Below are positions 1 through 11,230 of a DNA stretch of 64,000 nucleotides, one piece after another. The stretch is from an uncultured delta proteobacterium (GTDB lineage Bacteria; Desulfobacterota; Desulfuromonadia; Desulfuromonadales; BM103). Under the pieces are notes generated by a model. The model searched no databases, had not been told where the DNA came from, and worked only from the letters and a program-made list of their open reading frames with translations. Numbering within the stretch: position 1 is the first letter of the stretch; each line of letters begins with the position of its first letter. Location: positions 64,001 through 128,000 of the forward strand of contig CAVQRZ010000009.1 of assembly GCA_963715335.1 (NCBI GenBank), read 5' to 3'. The position numbers and the translations under genes are program-made.

Positions 1-1844
1 TCGTGATGAAAGGCGTAGGGTTCGGACACGATGACGGCATCGCTCTGCAGGAAGGTCTGGTAGATCTCCTCCGGCTCGCCCTCGGCAAACCAGTAACTCA
101 GGAAAGTCGCGGGGGGGATTTCGGCGACAAACAGGTCACTGGTCCCCTGCGCGGATTCCAGGGTGATGTGGCGGGCCGCGACGATCCGCGCGATGCCGTC
201 GATCCGGCGTGCTGCCCGCAGATAGTCATCCTGCAGAGGCTGCCGTCCGGGGCCGAACGTCGAGCCCGATGTGGACACGTAAATATCGGCCTGCAAATAG
301 CTTTGCAGCCAGGTCTCCACGGTTGAGCGGAAGCTGTTGATCATCAACCCGACGCCAACCGTGGCTGCCACGGCAATCACCAGGGCCGAGGTCGCCACGC
401 CGGTCCGGCTCAGCCCGCCCAACAGGTTGCGCACCGCCAGCTTGCCGAGGATCCCCGAGAAACGGCCCAGCAAAGGCTGGATTTTCCTCAGGATCCATAC
501 GAACGCGCCGGGGACGATCAGGGCATAGCCGGTAATCAGCAGGAACATGAAGAGGAAACTCGCCGGGATGCTCTTGCCGGGGACTATCAGGCCGAACACG
601 CCCAGGGCCATCAGCCCCAGCCCGCCGCCCACGCCCCAGGGAAGCAGCCTGCGCTGCCGGCTTTCGACGTTGGAACGGAGCAGCGCACCGCGCGGGGCGG
701 TCCTGGCCGCCTCCAGCGCAGGCATGAGAGCGGCCAGGGTGGTCGCGCCAAGGCCGAGCAGAAGCCCCTTGGCAAGGGACAGGGGGGTCACGAAAAGAGT
801 CTGGATGTTGAGGACGAAATACAGGTCGTTGATGGTGCGCGTGACAATGGCGAGCAGCCCGTTGGCGAGCAGCACCCCGGCCGCGAGCCCCAGCGCCGTG
901 CCCACGGCGCCGATCAGGAAGGCCTCGACCAGGACCATGCTGAAGATTTCGCGGCGGGTCACTCCCAGGGTGCGCAAGGCGCCCAGCAGCCCCCTGCGCT
1001 GCAAAATCGAAAACGTCATGGTGTTGTAAATGAGAAACATCCCCACCACCAGGGCCAGCAGGCTCAAGGCGGTGAGGTTGAGCTGAAAGGCCCGCGTCAT
1101 CTGCGCCATGGTTTGCGCGCGGCTGTCGGCAGGGAGGATTTCGGCGTTGGCGGGGAGCAGCGGGCGCAGCGCGTCGAGGCTGGCCAGGCCGGCCGCATCG
1201 AGGGGCACAATCAAATCGATGCGGGACAGCCGGCCCTTTTGCGAAAAGAGCTCCTGCGCGGAGCTGAGGTCCATGACGACGAGGTTGTCCAGGGCCCTGG
1301 CGGTGACCTGCTGGCGCGGTTCCAGCAGGCCGACCAAGGTGATCTCACCGGGCTTGCCGCCAATCGTCAGAGGCAGCCGGTCCCCTTGACTGAGACCCAG
1401 TGAACGGGCTGTTTCCCTGGTCATCAAAGCCGCGCCCGGCTCGGTGACCAGGCGGCCCAGGTCGAGCCGGCGGTCGGTGGCCGGCGCATAGTTGCGAAAA
1501 GGCCTTTCGGCGAAGGGGTCGACCCCCAGCAGCTTCAGGGTGAGGCCGGGTTGGCCCGGCACGGTTGCGTAGCCCTCCACGACCGGCGCGCTGTTGCGCC
1601 AATCGCCATTGAGCCGGATCTGCCGGTAGCTGTCCTCGGGCAGGCCGTTGGAACCGCCGACAATCATGTGGGTGGTGCGGCCCGTCAACGCCTCGGCCGA
1701 GAGGTTGAAGGCGCGCTCGGCGCTGCTGTTGGCCAGGTCGATCGCAACGACAACCGCGACCCCCAGGGCGACGCCGATCACCGCAAAGACAAGCTGCAAG
1801 GGATGGCGCAGAAGATATCGGAAGCCGGCTCGCCACAGGATCAT
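1..1844 (-). CDS. FtsX/MacB-family ABC transporter permease (runs off window start)
   Basis: Manual translation from ATG at 1844: [46 protein letters not shown]..., many TM segments; ATGA overlap with stop of upstream ATPase. Confidence 0.85.
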   Translation of the reverse strand, partial: MILWRAGFRYLLRHPLQLVFAVIGVALGVAVVVAIDLANSSAERAFNLSAEALTGRTTHMIVGGSNGLPEDSYRQIRLNGDWRNSAPVVEGYATVPGQPGLTLKLLGVDPFAERPFRNYAPATDRRLDLGRLVTEPGAALMTRETARSLGLSQGDRLPLTIGGKPGEITLVGLLEPRQQVTARALDNLVVMDLSSAQELFSQKGRLSRIDLIVPLDAAGLASLDALRPLLPANAEILPADSRAQTMAQMTRAFQLNLTALSLLALVVGMFLIYNTMTFSILQRRGLLGALRTLGVTRREIFSMVLVEAFLIGAVGTALGLAAGVLLANGLLAIVTRTINDLYFVLNIQTLFVTPLSLAKGLLLGLGATTLAALMPALEAARTAPRGALLRSNVESRQRRLLPWGVGGGLGLMALGVFGLIVPGKSIPASFLFMFLLITGYALIVPGAFVWILRKIQPLLGRFSGILGKLAVRNLLGGLSRTGVATSALVIAVAATVGVGLMINSFRSTVETWLQSYLQADIYVSTSGSTFGPGRQPLQDDYLRAARRIDGIARIVAARHITLESAQGTSDLFVAEIPPATFLSYWFAEGEPEEIYQTFLQSDAVIVSEPYAFHH

Positions 1845-2545
1845 GGCAAACCCTTTGCTTCTGCAACCTGTTCGACCAGGATCCCGTCGCGGATCGTCAG
1901 GACGCGGTCTGCCAGCCGGGCGATTTCCGGACTGTGCGTGACCATCAGGGTGGTCATCCGGTTGGTTCTGATCAGTTGACTCAACAGCTTGAGAACCTCT
2001 GCGCCGGTCTCGACATCCAGGTTGCCGGTCGGTTCGTCGGCCAGCAGCAGCAGCGGTTTGTGGATCAAGGCCCGGCAGATGGCGATGCGCTGCTGCTCAC
2101 CTCCGGAAAGACGGTCCGGATAACTGTCGGCACGATCGGCGAGGCCCACCTGGCCGAGGATGTCGAGGGCCTGTTGTTTTGACTCGGTCGTGATGCTCTT
2201 TTTCAGCTCCAGCGGCAGGAGCAGGTTCTCGATAACGGTGAGCGTCGGGATGAGATTGTAGAACTGGAAGACAAAGCCGATGTGGTCGCGCCTGAAGAGG
2301 GTCCTCTGCTGCTCGGTCATGGTGGTCAGGTTCTGCCCACCGATCCGAACCTCTCCTGCGGTAGGCAGATCGATGCCACTGATCAGGTTCAGCAGGGTAG
2401 ATTTCCCCGAGCCGCTCCGTCCTAACAGGACGACAAAGTCACCTCTGTTGATCGATGCATCAAGCCCATGGAAAACCACCCGTTGACTCTCGCCTTCGGC
2501 AAAAGTCTTGCTCAGATTGCAAATTTCGAGGATTTCATCAGACAC
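1841..2545 (-). CDS. ABC transporter ATP-binding protein (LolD/MacB-like)
   Basis: Walker [18 protein letters not shown] signature, [13 protein letters not shown]-loop VTH. Confidence 0.95.
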   Translation of the reverse strand: MSDEILEICNLSKTFAEGESQRVVFHGLDASINRGDFVVLLGRSGSGKSTLLNLISGIDLPTAGEVRIGGQNLTTMTEQQRTLFRRDHIGFVFQFYNLIPTLTVIENLLLPLELKKSITTESKQQALDILGQVGLADRADSYPDRLSGGEQQRIAICRALIHKPLLLLADEPTGNLDVETGAEVLKLLSQLIRTNRMTTLMVTHSPEIARLADRVLTIRDGILVEQVAEAKGLP

Positions 2546-2843
2546 AGGCAGAAGGTCCTTTTGAAGTCGGTGTCATCGGGGTCCGGTGTCAGGCTTGACT
2601 GATGGGTATTTCGCATACCACCTCTCCGGCAAAAATAAAGAGGAATGCAACGCCTGAAACAGCGTCACAGCCCCCTCCCGTAAAAATAGACGACATATTA
2701 GACCAGACTAAAGCACCCTGTTAAAAATACCCTTTCAACTGTGATTGTCAATTATTCTGATGACCTGCCAAAAGCAACCGGCACCACCCGGATCATGAAA
2801 TCGGGACAGGCCGCGGCGCAGCAGCCGCAGAGCCAGGAGTCTA

Positions 2844-2868
2844 GGGACACTTGTTTTTAAGTGTCCCC
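2844..2868. repeat. REP-like palindrome, family A (GGGACACTT-gttttt-AAGTGTCCCC)
   Basis: Inverted repeat; near-identical copies at 4059, 4818, 5873, 11192. Confidence 0.8.
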
Positions 2869-2912
2869 GGCTCTGAGCTGGTGAAAAAGGGCGGTTTCCG
2901 GACAGAAACGAA

Positions 2913-3422
2913 TTAGCTGATACCCGCTTCCTCCTGCAGCAGAGACACCCAGGCGGCCAGGCGCTGCTCGGTAAGCTGGTCCTGATTTTCGACATCAAGG
3001 GGCAGACCGAGGAAATAATCCCCTTCAACCGCGGCGGAGGCAGAGTAATCGTAGCCTTTATCCGGCCATTTGCCGATGATGGTCGCTCCGGCCGCCACCG
3101 CCAGATCATGCAGTGCCTTCATCCCGTCGACAAAGGCATCAGGGTAACCGACCTGATCTCCGACCCCGTACAAAGCGACCTTTGCCCCCTCCAACTGTGC
3201 CTCGCGCAGGCAGTCATAGGCGTCGTTCCAGTCGTTTTGCAGGCGATCCCCCTCATCGTGCCAGCTTGAAGTGCCGAGAATCAGCAGGTCACAGCTTTCC
3301 AGATCCGCCCGGGTTGCGTTGGCAATGGGATAAAGGCGTGCGGTGGTGATTCGCTCCGCAAGACGTTGCGCGATTAAGGCGGTATTGCCAGTGCTGCCGC
3401 CGTAAAATATTCCGATTTTCAT
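2913..3422 (-). CDS. fldA: long-chain flavodoxin
   Basis: IFYGGSTGNT FMN phosphate loop, LILGTSSW, GVGDQVGYPDAFVDGM; GGAG RBS. Confidence 0.9.
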   Translation of the reverse strand: MKIGIFYGGSTGNTALIAQRLAERITTARLYPIANATRADLESCDLLILGTSSWHDEGDRLQNDWNDAYDCLREAQLEGAKVALYGVGDQVGYPDAFVDGMKALHDLAVAAGATIIGKWPDKGYDYSASAAVEGDYFLGLPLDVENQDQLTEQRLAAWVSLLQEEAGIS

Positions 3423-3509
3423 GATGACTCCTTTATCGACGAAGATAAAATCAATTTAAAACGTTAACCAGTTTGACATGTTAGCATATCAGCGCGGTCA
3501 GAGTGGAGT

Positions 3510-3559
3510 GGGGTCAGGTCTAGAAATTTGAATTGACTCAAGATTAACGACCTGACCCC
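3510..3559. repeat. REP-like inverted repeat GGGGTCAGGTC...GACCTGACCCC
   Basis: 11-bp perfect arms around an AT-rich spacer, between fldA and the MazG-like gene. Confidence 0.6.
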
Positions 3560-3589
3560 GTCAGGAGTGCCCCCGACTCAGTGTCCCAA

Positions 3590-3958
3590 TTAATTATCCC
3601 GACTCTTAGCCTTGTATTCATTGTATTTTTTTGACGAGCCTTTGACCTGCTCGGCAGGATATTTCTGTTCATTCAGCGATATCTTTTGCTGGGCGGCCTG
3701 AACCAAATCAACCCCTAACTTTTCTGACATGCGCAGCAGATAAACAAAAATGTCGGCAAGTTCCAAACGCACCTCCGCCAGCTTGTCATCTGACAAATTA
3801 TAGCTCTGTTCTTCGGTTAACCACTGGAAGTGTTCCACCAGTTCAGCAGCCTCGGCGATCAGAGCCATGGATAAATTTTTCGGCGAGTGAAACTGGTCCC
3901 AATCACGTTCGGCAGCGAAACCGTTTATTCGTTCAATCAGTTCAGTAAGTTCTGACAT
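3590..3958 (-). CDS. MazG-like nucleotide pyrophosphohydrolase
   Basis: ERDWDQFHSPKNLSMALIAEAAELVEHFQW and ELAD motifs; start MSELTE after GGAG. Confidence 0.9.
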   Translation of the reverse strand: MSELTELIERINGFAAERDWDQFHSPKNLSMALIAEAAELVEHFQWLTEEQSYNLSDDKLAEVRLELADIFVYLLRMSEKLGVDLVQAAQQKISLNEQKYPAEQVKGSSKKYNEYKAKSRDN

Positions 3959-4025
3959 GACTATCTCCAGGAACAATCATTGAATATCCTTGCTTAAAAG
4001 GGGCTCTCTGCTTTAAGTGTCCCCA
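3942..4025. repeat. 84-bp direct repeat, copy 1 (mazG 5' end, upstream region, half REP)
   Basis: Identical to 4951-5034. Confidence 0.95.
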
Positions 4026-4058
4026 TTTCCAAATAAATCTGCAAGAGAAACATTGATT

Positions 4059-4084
4059 GGGGACACTTGTTTTCAAGTGTCCCT
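4059..4084. repeat. REP palindrome family A, directly downstream of RAYT stop
   Basis: GGGGACACTTG-tttt-CAAGTGTCCCC perfect 11-bp arms. Confidence 0.85.
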
Positions 4085-4085
4085 T

Positions 4086-4718
4086 TTATAATGTGCGGCC
4101 CAACAATTGTTCAAGCTTCAGCAACATTGCGGGATTACACAAAGGGCGCCCACTTCGGGTCGCCTGATCAATCTTTCTCCTCACCTCCACATCCGCCTCC
4201 AAAATAAACTGGCGATAATCATGTCGCTCATCCTCTTTGAGCCAACCAGGACATGACAGTAGAGGATCTGCACGACCTTCAAGATGGAAGCGGGCACTTG
4301 ACCAAAGATACTCGGCAGCGGTCGGTACCAGGCCCGCTTTCACAGGATTGTTCTCTATATACCTTGCTACTGACCAGAGATATTCATCGCTATCAACAAT
4401 GCAGGAATAGAAACGGTTCTGCCAAACACGACCAGAGCGCAAGTACTTGCGGTTTACATATGTCGTATAAACCTGATTTGTCCGCCCGATACCCAGAGCC
4501 AAGGCCCCGGGCTCTTGAGGGACCGCCAACAGATGGACGTGGTTTGGCATCAGGCAATAAGCCCAGATATCAACCTGAAATTTTTGAGTGTAATGTTTAA
4601 GAAGGTCAGTGTAGATCAGCCGGTCTTGATCATCGAGAAATACCGGCTCGCGGTTGTTGCCACGTTGAGTGATATGATGCGGATAGCCGACGGCCACCGC
4701 GCGAGCATTGCGTGCCAT
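4086..4718 (-). mobile_element. REP-associated tyrosine transposase (RAYT, Y1 HUH family)
   Basis: HHITQRGNNR, YCLMPNHVHLL HUH motif, VWQNRF, YIENNPVKAGLV, YLWSS; REP palindromes on both sides. Confidence 0.9.
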
Positions 4719-4803
4719 GTCCCCCTCCATTAAAAGTCATAACAAAACAAATCTAATGTTGGGATTGTAGCAATGATGAATACGAAGGGCAAATGACTAT
4801 TAT

Positions 4804-4940
4804 GGGGACACTTGAAAGGGACACTTGTTTTCAAGTGTCCCCGGGCCTGAAGGCAAATGACTAAATGGTGACACTGAAAGGGACACTTGATTTAAGTCCC
4901 GGCTCAAGGCAAATATTTGGGGAACTGAAAGGGAACTTTT
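4804..4940. repeat. cluster of tandem and degenerate family A REPs upstream of RAYT
   Basis: GGGGACACTTGAAAGGGACACTTGTTTTCAAGTGTCCCC, then two decayed GACAC/GAACTGAAAGGGA units. Confidence 0.8.
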
Positions 4941-4950
4941 ATTCGTTCCG

Positions 4951-5034
4951 TCAGTAAGTTCTGACATGACTATCTCCAGGAACAATCATTGAATATCCTT
5001 GCTTAAAAGGGGCTCTCTGCTTTAAGTGTCCCCA
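4951..5034. repeat. 84-bp direct repeat, copy 2
   Basis: Identical to 3942-4025. Confidence 0.95.
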
Positions 5035-5037
5035 ATT

Positions 5038-5820
5038 CTATTTCTTAGTTCTGGGTGGAGAAGATTCCAGGATCCCCCTGCTGCGGAGTGCCAGCCAGAC
5101 GGGTGCTGCACCGAGATCGTGCCGGACTTCGAAAAGCTCCATCGGGACGACACCGGCGGCATACTCGTTAATCGCTTTGCGCCAGTTTGCATCGTCTGTG
5201 AACGGGGCTCCCGCATCACGGATGCCCTCGTCACCGGTGAACCCCAGATAAACCAGGATGACAGGGATGCCGAGGCTACCCAACTTCCAGGTAAAAGCCA
5301 GCCGGTTCGCAAGTTGGTAATGCGAGTCGCGGGAGATGTTGACGTGTGGATTGATGCGTTGCCAGGCTTTGCATGCTTCGTCGATCGCATCGCCAATACG
5401 CTCGTGGTTCTCGATCCCTTTAGGTGAAGACGTCTTGTCGAGTCGCTTGCCAGCCGCACCCAACTCAGGCCAGTTCGCTTTCGCTTCAACAAGGACGAGT
5501 CCAGCTTTCCCCTCGATTTCACAGGTCGCAGCGATATCCCAATTCGGCGTATTTGCGCCGCGTCGATGAGCCAGCCACCAGTCCTGCAACTGTTCCCAAA
5601 CAGCATGCCCTGGCATGACTGCTGGCCCGAAACGCTCAAGACGTGCTTCCATTGGATCAGTGTAACCACGGGGCATAAAAATGGTGTCAGGTGGGAAATG
5701 GACGGGGAGCGGGGCAAGAAGTGATGCAAACTCCCTGAGGAAGTTGGGGCTTTCGGTCCAGTCGAGAACGTGTTTGCGGCTACCTCTTTCCAAAATTCCC
5801 TCTATTTTCTTAGTCTTCAA
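5038..5820 (-). CDS. hypothetical protein, putative PD-(D/E)XK restriction-endonuclease-like
   Basis: NWDIAA...LVLVEAKAN (D...ExK) and downstream HYQLANR motif; defence-island context. Confidence 0.55.
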   Translation of the reverse strand: MKTKKIEGILERGSRKHVLDWTESPNFLREFASLLAPLPVHFPPDTIFMPRGYTDPMEARLERFGPAVMPGHAVWEQLQDWWLAHRRGANTPNWDIAATCEIEGKAGLVLVEAKANWPELGAAGKRLDKTSSPKGIENHERIGDAIDEACKAWQRINPHVNISRDSHYQLANRLAFTWKLGSLGIPVILVYLGFTGDEGIRDAGAPFTDDANWRKAINEYAAGVVPMELFEVRHDLGAAPVWLALRSRGILESSPPRTKK

Positions 5821-5821
5821 T

Positions 5822-8800
5822 TTAATTGGGACAAAAACACAGTATCAAGTTTCTGGGCCACTTCATTATTAAAGGGACAGTTGTTTTTAAGTGTCCCCGG
5901 TTCCGTCCTCTGGAATCAGTCCAAACCACCTCAAGAACCGGCACTTCCCAACTATCAACCTTGAGCAACTTTTTAAAGTCCAGGTCCTTCGAATCGTCGG
6001 GACGACGTTCGATCATTGCAATGACCTTGACGCTCTCAATCTGCTCATTTGCTGCCGCCCATTTATCTCTGGCACTTTTGGACAATATCCCAATGGGGTA
6101 ACCGGCCGAGTTGCAGATTTCAAGCTTCTCGCCTGAAATCTTGAAATGGACAGGATCGCCGACATTGATCTTTTCCAGATGCTTATGAACGGGATTCGTC
6201 TCAGCCAATTTCCCTGCGAAATCAAGGTAAACATCCTTCATGCCGATGGTGTCATAACGTCGTTGCAACACTGAATCAGGTATCGACTTTTCTCCAGGTG
6301 GAAATGTCACCAGTTGGTCCCCGCTCAGTTTGCTCTGCAAAGTTTCACAAAACGGGTTTCTCTCATCGGCACGACGGAAGAGACTCAAGCGTCTGCTTGG
6401 CCCTAGTTATCGCCACGTAATAGACGCGCCGTTCCTCTTCTTCTTCTCCTTTGCGTGGAGCCCAGCCACCATCTGCAATGAATACGTGATCGAATTCTGT
6501 ACCCTTCGCGAAATGAACTGTGCTCAGGAATACGCCCCGTCCCATAAAGCGATCACGCTTCTGTTCGACCAGGGCTTCCCAAAGATAATCGATAGCCTGC
6601 TGAACCGGTAGCTCGGAATTCCCTGTCTCCACATGCCAGGCTTGAAGACAAGTGGCCAGGAGACTCCACCAGGGTTGCTGCGGTACGACTTTGGTTCCGG
6701 CGGATTCGACGAGTAAGGTTTCCAGTTCTGTGGCGCGCTTCAAATCGTGCCGCATTGGTTCCAAGGTCGCAAAAAACTGGTGGATCTCACGTACTCTGCC
6801 AATCGGTAGGCTCAAGTCCTGTCGAGCATAAGCGACAGGTATGCCGACATATTCAAGGGCAGCACGAATGGTTGCAAGTTCTTCGTGGGTCCGTGACAAC
6901 ACGGCGCAGTCAGACCACTGCAACGCGGGATTACACTTCTTGAGTTTTTCCAGTTGCGAGACAAGGGCCTTGGCCTGCGCATTGCGATCAGACACCTGAA
7001 GAATCTGAACACGCCCTTTGGCAAACGGGTCAAGGTGTGTCCAATCGCCACCTGGCACCAGCCGCTCTCGTCCTTTGTTGATCCGGATGGGATACTCAGT
7101 TTTCATCCGATCGCGGTTCTCAGAGATATGAGCATTCCCCGCAGCAATGATATTGGCTGTTGAGCGGAAGTTCTCAACCAGGTGATGAAAGCGGGCCTGG
7201 TAATCCTTTTCGAATTGCCGAATGAAGGCGACATTAGCCCCACGAAACGTGTAAATATTCTGGTCGTCGTCCCCCACAGCCATGATCGTCAGCTTGGCGT
7301 CGTCGTCTTCCAATGTCCGCCCGGCAATGGCAGAGACCAGATCATACTGACGCTGATCAATATCCTGATATTCATCCACCAAAATGTGCTGATACCCGGC
7401 CAGCAGCCTATCGCGAAGTTCATCTTGCACCAAGCCAGGCAGGTCCTCCTCGCCTTTCAGCAAACGGATCGCCTGATCAATCAGGGCATCGAAATCGATC
7501 CCTTCATCCCCTTCTTTGGCCAGTCTGTCGGCAAAGGATGTCCCGGTCAGCCGCATCGCCAACCCGTGATAAGTGAGGACCGTCACTCCGATGGCATCGG
7601 AGCCAACCAGTTCCCAGAGCCGATGCCGTAATGAACTGGCGGCCTGACGATTAAAGCAGAGAATGAGGACGCTACTGGCTGGGACACGAGCGACACGCAA
7701 CAGATAAGCGCAGCGATGCACGACGACACGGGTCTTTCCCGAACCTGGGCCTGCCAGCACCAACATGTTTTCGTTGACAGGAGCCGACACGATGGCCATC
7801 TGCACCGGGTTTTCCAGATTGTCGACGATCCGCCGGTAGGAGTCCTGACTGGTTGCCCGATCCAGAATCTCTTTGCGACCGGCAAAGAAGCGTTGTACGA
7901 AGTCACGTTTATCCATGGCGAAGTAAGCCGCAACCAAACCAAGCGCCTGCTTGATCTTTTCCACACCGAGGCGGGCGTACTCGTTCATGACGTGCACCTG
8001 GAATGTCCGCTCTTTATAGTGGTGCTCCAGTGGGTTGTAGTCCCCCTTGGTGTATTTCCGTTTGCTTTCAAGCAGACGGATCGTCATGGCCTGACGAAAC
8101 ACGGCCAGACCTTGTTGAAGGACGATCACCTTCTGCTCATGCAGAAACATCAAGGCTCGCTCAATCGCAGCCAGCTCATTTTTAACCTGGCCGGAGAGGA
8201 ACATGTCGCCTTTCAAGGCGGCAACCAGATCATCGAGAGAGAACTCAACCAGGATATCTGCACCAGCCGGGGTTGATTGAGGGATCTTGTCGATAATGGC
8301 CTCAAGGAGGACTTTTGCCAGACTGGAACGCAATTGCGAGGTCTTGATCAAGGCCTCCCAGTCTCGATGCAACTTGACCAGATAGTGCTCCGCATTGCGA
8401 TAAATCAGATCAAGGCTGCCTCGCTGACCTGCCAAGGCCCTTCCCGTCCCGGGCTAGGCTGCTCAAAATGGACAGTAAAAATTCTGGGACACTGGCAAAG
8501 TTCTGATCCAGGAGGCGCTGGTTCACCCGGCGTGGCGAAAGATGCAACCAACCCTCGGCATCTGGTTCTTCTTCCTGAAGCACCTTCAATAGAGCAGTTT
8601 CCAGCTCACAGACCTTGTCCAAGGCCAACAGGGAGTGATTGGCAATTTTGTAGCGTACAAAGGCCGTAAGCAGCAGGTCCCGCTTAATCAAGCCCGCTTC
8701 AGCCATATCATTCATTGTTTTGAGAATGCGCTGGGAATCCGCCATGCGTATTTGATGACCGCCCTCAGCGACCTGTTCAGGCGGGTCTATGAATTCCGGC

Positions 8801-11117
8801 AACTCGGCCAGTTGATCAGCACTCAAACCCTCATCGGGATTGGCATTCATCAGCGCCGTGAGGATTGCCATCCAGCGCCGCTTGGTCAGGACCGGCAAAT
8901 TCAAACTGGAAATTTTTTCCTGCGCTTCATCCAGATTGCGAATCGCCGGACGCCCCTGAAACACGCCAGTGCTATTGTGATTGCGCTCGACAAATCCGGC
9001 CCGCTCAAGCCAGGCAACTGCGGTTTTCACCTTGGTGTCAGCCTGACTGTCGTCGTACTCAAAACTGGTATCGACAACATCGCTCCGGAGAATTTCTCCG
9101 GTCGTGATTACAATTTCACCGTCTCGGTTCTTCTTAGCCAGCCGCAGCCCACGCAATATCTGCCAGATATCTCGAAGACTCAACTCCGACATTGCACCCA
9201 TCTTGAACTGGGTCTCGATATCCTGTTCGTCGTAGAGGAGAATGCACTCAGCATCTTTCTGATCACGACCGGCTCGTCCTGCTTCCTGAAGATAGTTCTC
9301 CAACGACCCGGGAATTTCAGCATGAATGACCAGGCGCACATTGTCCTTGTCGATCCCCATGCCGAAGGCATTCGTCGCAACAATCACCTGAATCTGCCCG
9401 GCAATGAAATCTTCTTGTATCTGTTTTTTGATCGGAGCCTTCAACCCGGCATGGAAGGCAGCAGAAGAGAGCCCCTTCTTAATCAGATATTCATTGATGT
9501 TTTCGGTCTGGCGCCGTGTTGCGGCGTAGACGACCGCAGCACCTTCCGGGGTCAAACGTTCGGCGAGGAGATCATAAACCCGCTCCATCTTCTCGGCACG
9601 GCTGACGGTCTGGACTTCGAAATGCAGATTGTCACGATCGACACCACCTTCGAAAAGTCGCAATTCCTGACCAAGCTCACGTCGGAAGTAATCAACAATC
9701 TCCTCTTCCACAGCCTTTTTCGCGGTGGCCGTGAAACAAGCGATTGCCGGAATCGGCACCCCCTGATCTTTGGAGAACTCACGGATAAACCGTGCGGCAT
9801 AGAGATAATCAGTGCGGAAGTCATGTCCCCATTTCGAAAGACAGTGCGCCTCATCGAAGACCCAGCAACCGATCTCACGCTGACTGATGACTTCCTTAAA
9901 CGAGCGATTGCGCAACTGTTCCGGGGAGACATAGAGGATGGCGGTATCGCCCAGGCGAACCGATTCGAGCACCTGCCCTCGCTCAGGCGGTGTCAACATC
10001 CCATAGAGGGCTGCGGCAAAAGGAGTGCCGGTTTTGGCAACCAGATTGTCGACCTGGTCCTTCATCAATGCCTGAAGGGGTGAAATGACAATCGTCAGCG
10101 TGCCACGTCGGTAGTTCCGTACCAGAGCAGGCAATTGAAAGCAGAGGGACTTTCCACCACCGGTGGGCAAGATTGCTAACTGTGCCTGATCACTCATGCC
10201 GTGCCGAACGATCGCTTCTTGCAGGCTGGTCCCATCTGGTGTGGAGGGCTGTGGACGGAACGCTGAAAACCCAAAATAGCGCTGCAATTGACCGACAGGA
10301 TCATGATTTAACCGGCAGTATTCACAATTCGGGTCTTCGCAGGGAACATCGCGCAATTGTCTGAGGATCGATACCGTACCAGCGAAGTTCTTTCTGACCC
10401 AGGGTGGCAGGACGGAGTTGTGCCCAGAGACCCTCAGCCAGGCAACACAGTATGCGAGGGTGGCGCACTCATCCGGGTCCCAGATGTACTGTTTGGAAAC
10501 GGTTCTCAGGGCCGACTTACAAACTTTCCCATCTGTTATTTCATTCAGAAGCTTGATTGAATCTTCGAGCTGAATTGGCTGTGCACCAAGACTCTTGAAA
10601 ACCTCGCGAAGCCCTACCCACTTGGTCGTCTGCTCATCCGAGTTTTCAAAACAGAACCGGTAGAAATCCAAAACCCGGGGGCTGTGCTGATGGAGTTGTT
10701 CAAATGCTTCCCATTGATCAGCAAAGATCGATGCTGCAAGTTGGGCGTCTGCAACGGGGTCGTTTACTGATTGACGAACCAGTTTGTAGTCTTTGACAAG
10801 ACGGTGGTAGGGGTTTTCCGGAAAAGCGAGAGGAGAAAGATAGAGGGTATCGATGACCGGCTTTTTCAGCAGGTCAAGTTGCGGGGCGATATGTCTCCAG
10901 TAGCGGTAAGTCGTGGCCAAGGATGATTGTGACCAAGGACATAGGTTGCCTCGGCACCGAACTGATCAAGTTCAGACAGAGCTTCTTTAAGGTTGAATCG
11001 GCCTTGTCTCTCAAAAGTCTGATCCTGAAAAACAGCACCGATTTTGAAGATTTTCCCTTCAGGGGTGGTTTCTAGATCAAGAAGCAGAGATTTTGTGAGA
11101 AGCTCTTGTAATTTCAT
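5822..11117 (-). pseudogene. large DEDD-exonuclease-like + RecQ + UvrD helicase fusion (~1750 aa) split by four +1 frameshifts (real lesions or assembly errors)
   Basis: Four ORFs join after single-base removals: LDLET..LGHN|ILGHDLPLL|RHIAPQ; PTGGGKS, DEAHC, ATNAFGMGIDK, QEAGRAGRD (RecQ); DGKG|LAGQ; AGPGSGKT, VDEYQD, GDDDQNIY, YYVAITRAK (UvrD); KQT|LSLF. Confidence 0.8.
5873..5898. repeat. REP palindrome family A at the helicase/nuclease junction
   Basis: GGGACAGTTGTTTTTAAGTGTCCCC. Confidence 0.75.
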
Positions 11118-11191
11118 TCAGTATCGCAATCTATAAAAATTTCCAACTCACTACAACAAGGACAAGACAATGGTCAGCCTGACATCCAATG

Positions 11192-11230
11192 GGGGACACT
11201 TAAAAGGGCCCCTTGTTTTTAAGTGTCCCC
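11192..11230. repeat. REP palindrome family A between DUF2075 and the RecQ fusion
   Basis: GGGGACACTTAAAA...TTTTAAGTGTCCCC, 14-bp arms. Confidence 0.85.

Noticed and set aside
3..1979. Several + strand ORFs
   Set aside because: Antisense shadows of the minus-strand permease and ATPase
3444..3465. Possible Fur box upstream of flavodoxin (GATAAAATCAATTTAA)
   Set aside because: Only a partial match in AT-rich sequence; plausible but unsupported
4804..4940. Possible CRISPR array
   Set aside because: Repeats are degenerate and irregularly spaced, with no unique spacers of constant length and no cas genes; better explained as REPs
4800..4985. 61-aa ORF starting like MazG
   Set aside because: Produced by the 84-bp duplication running into REP repeats
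8635..10083. 482-aa + strand ORF
   Set aside because: Antisense to the RecQ core, with no recognisable motifs
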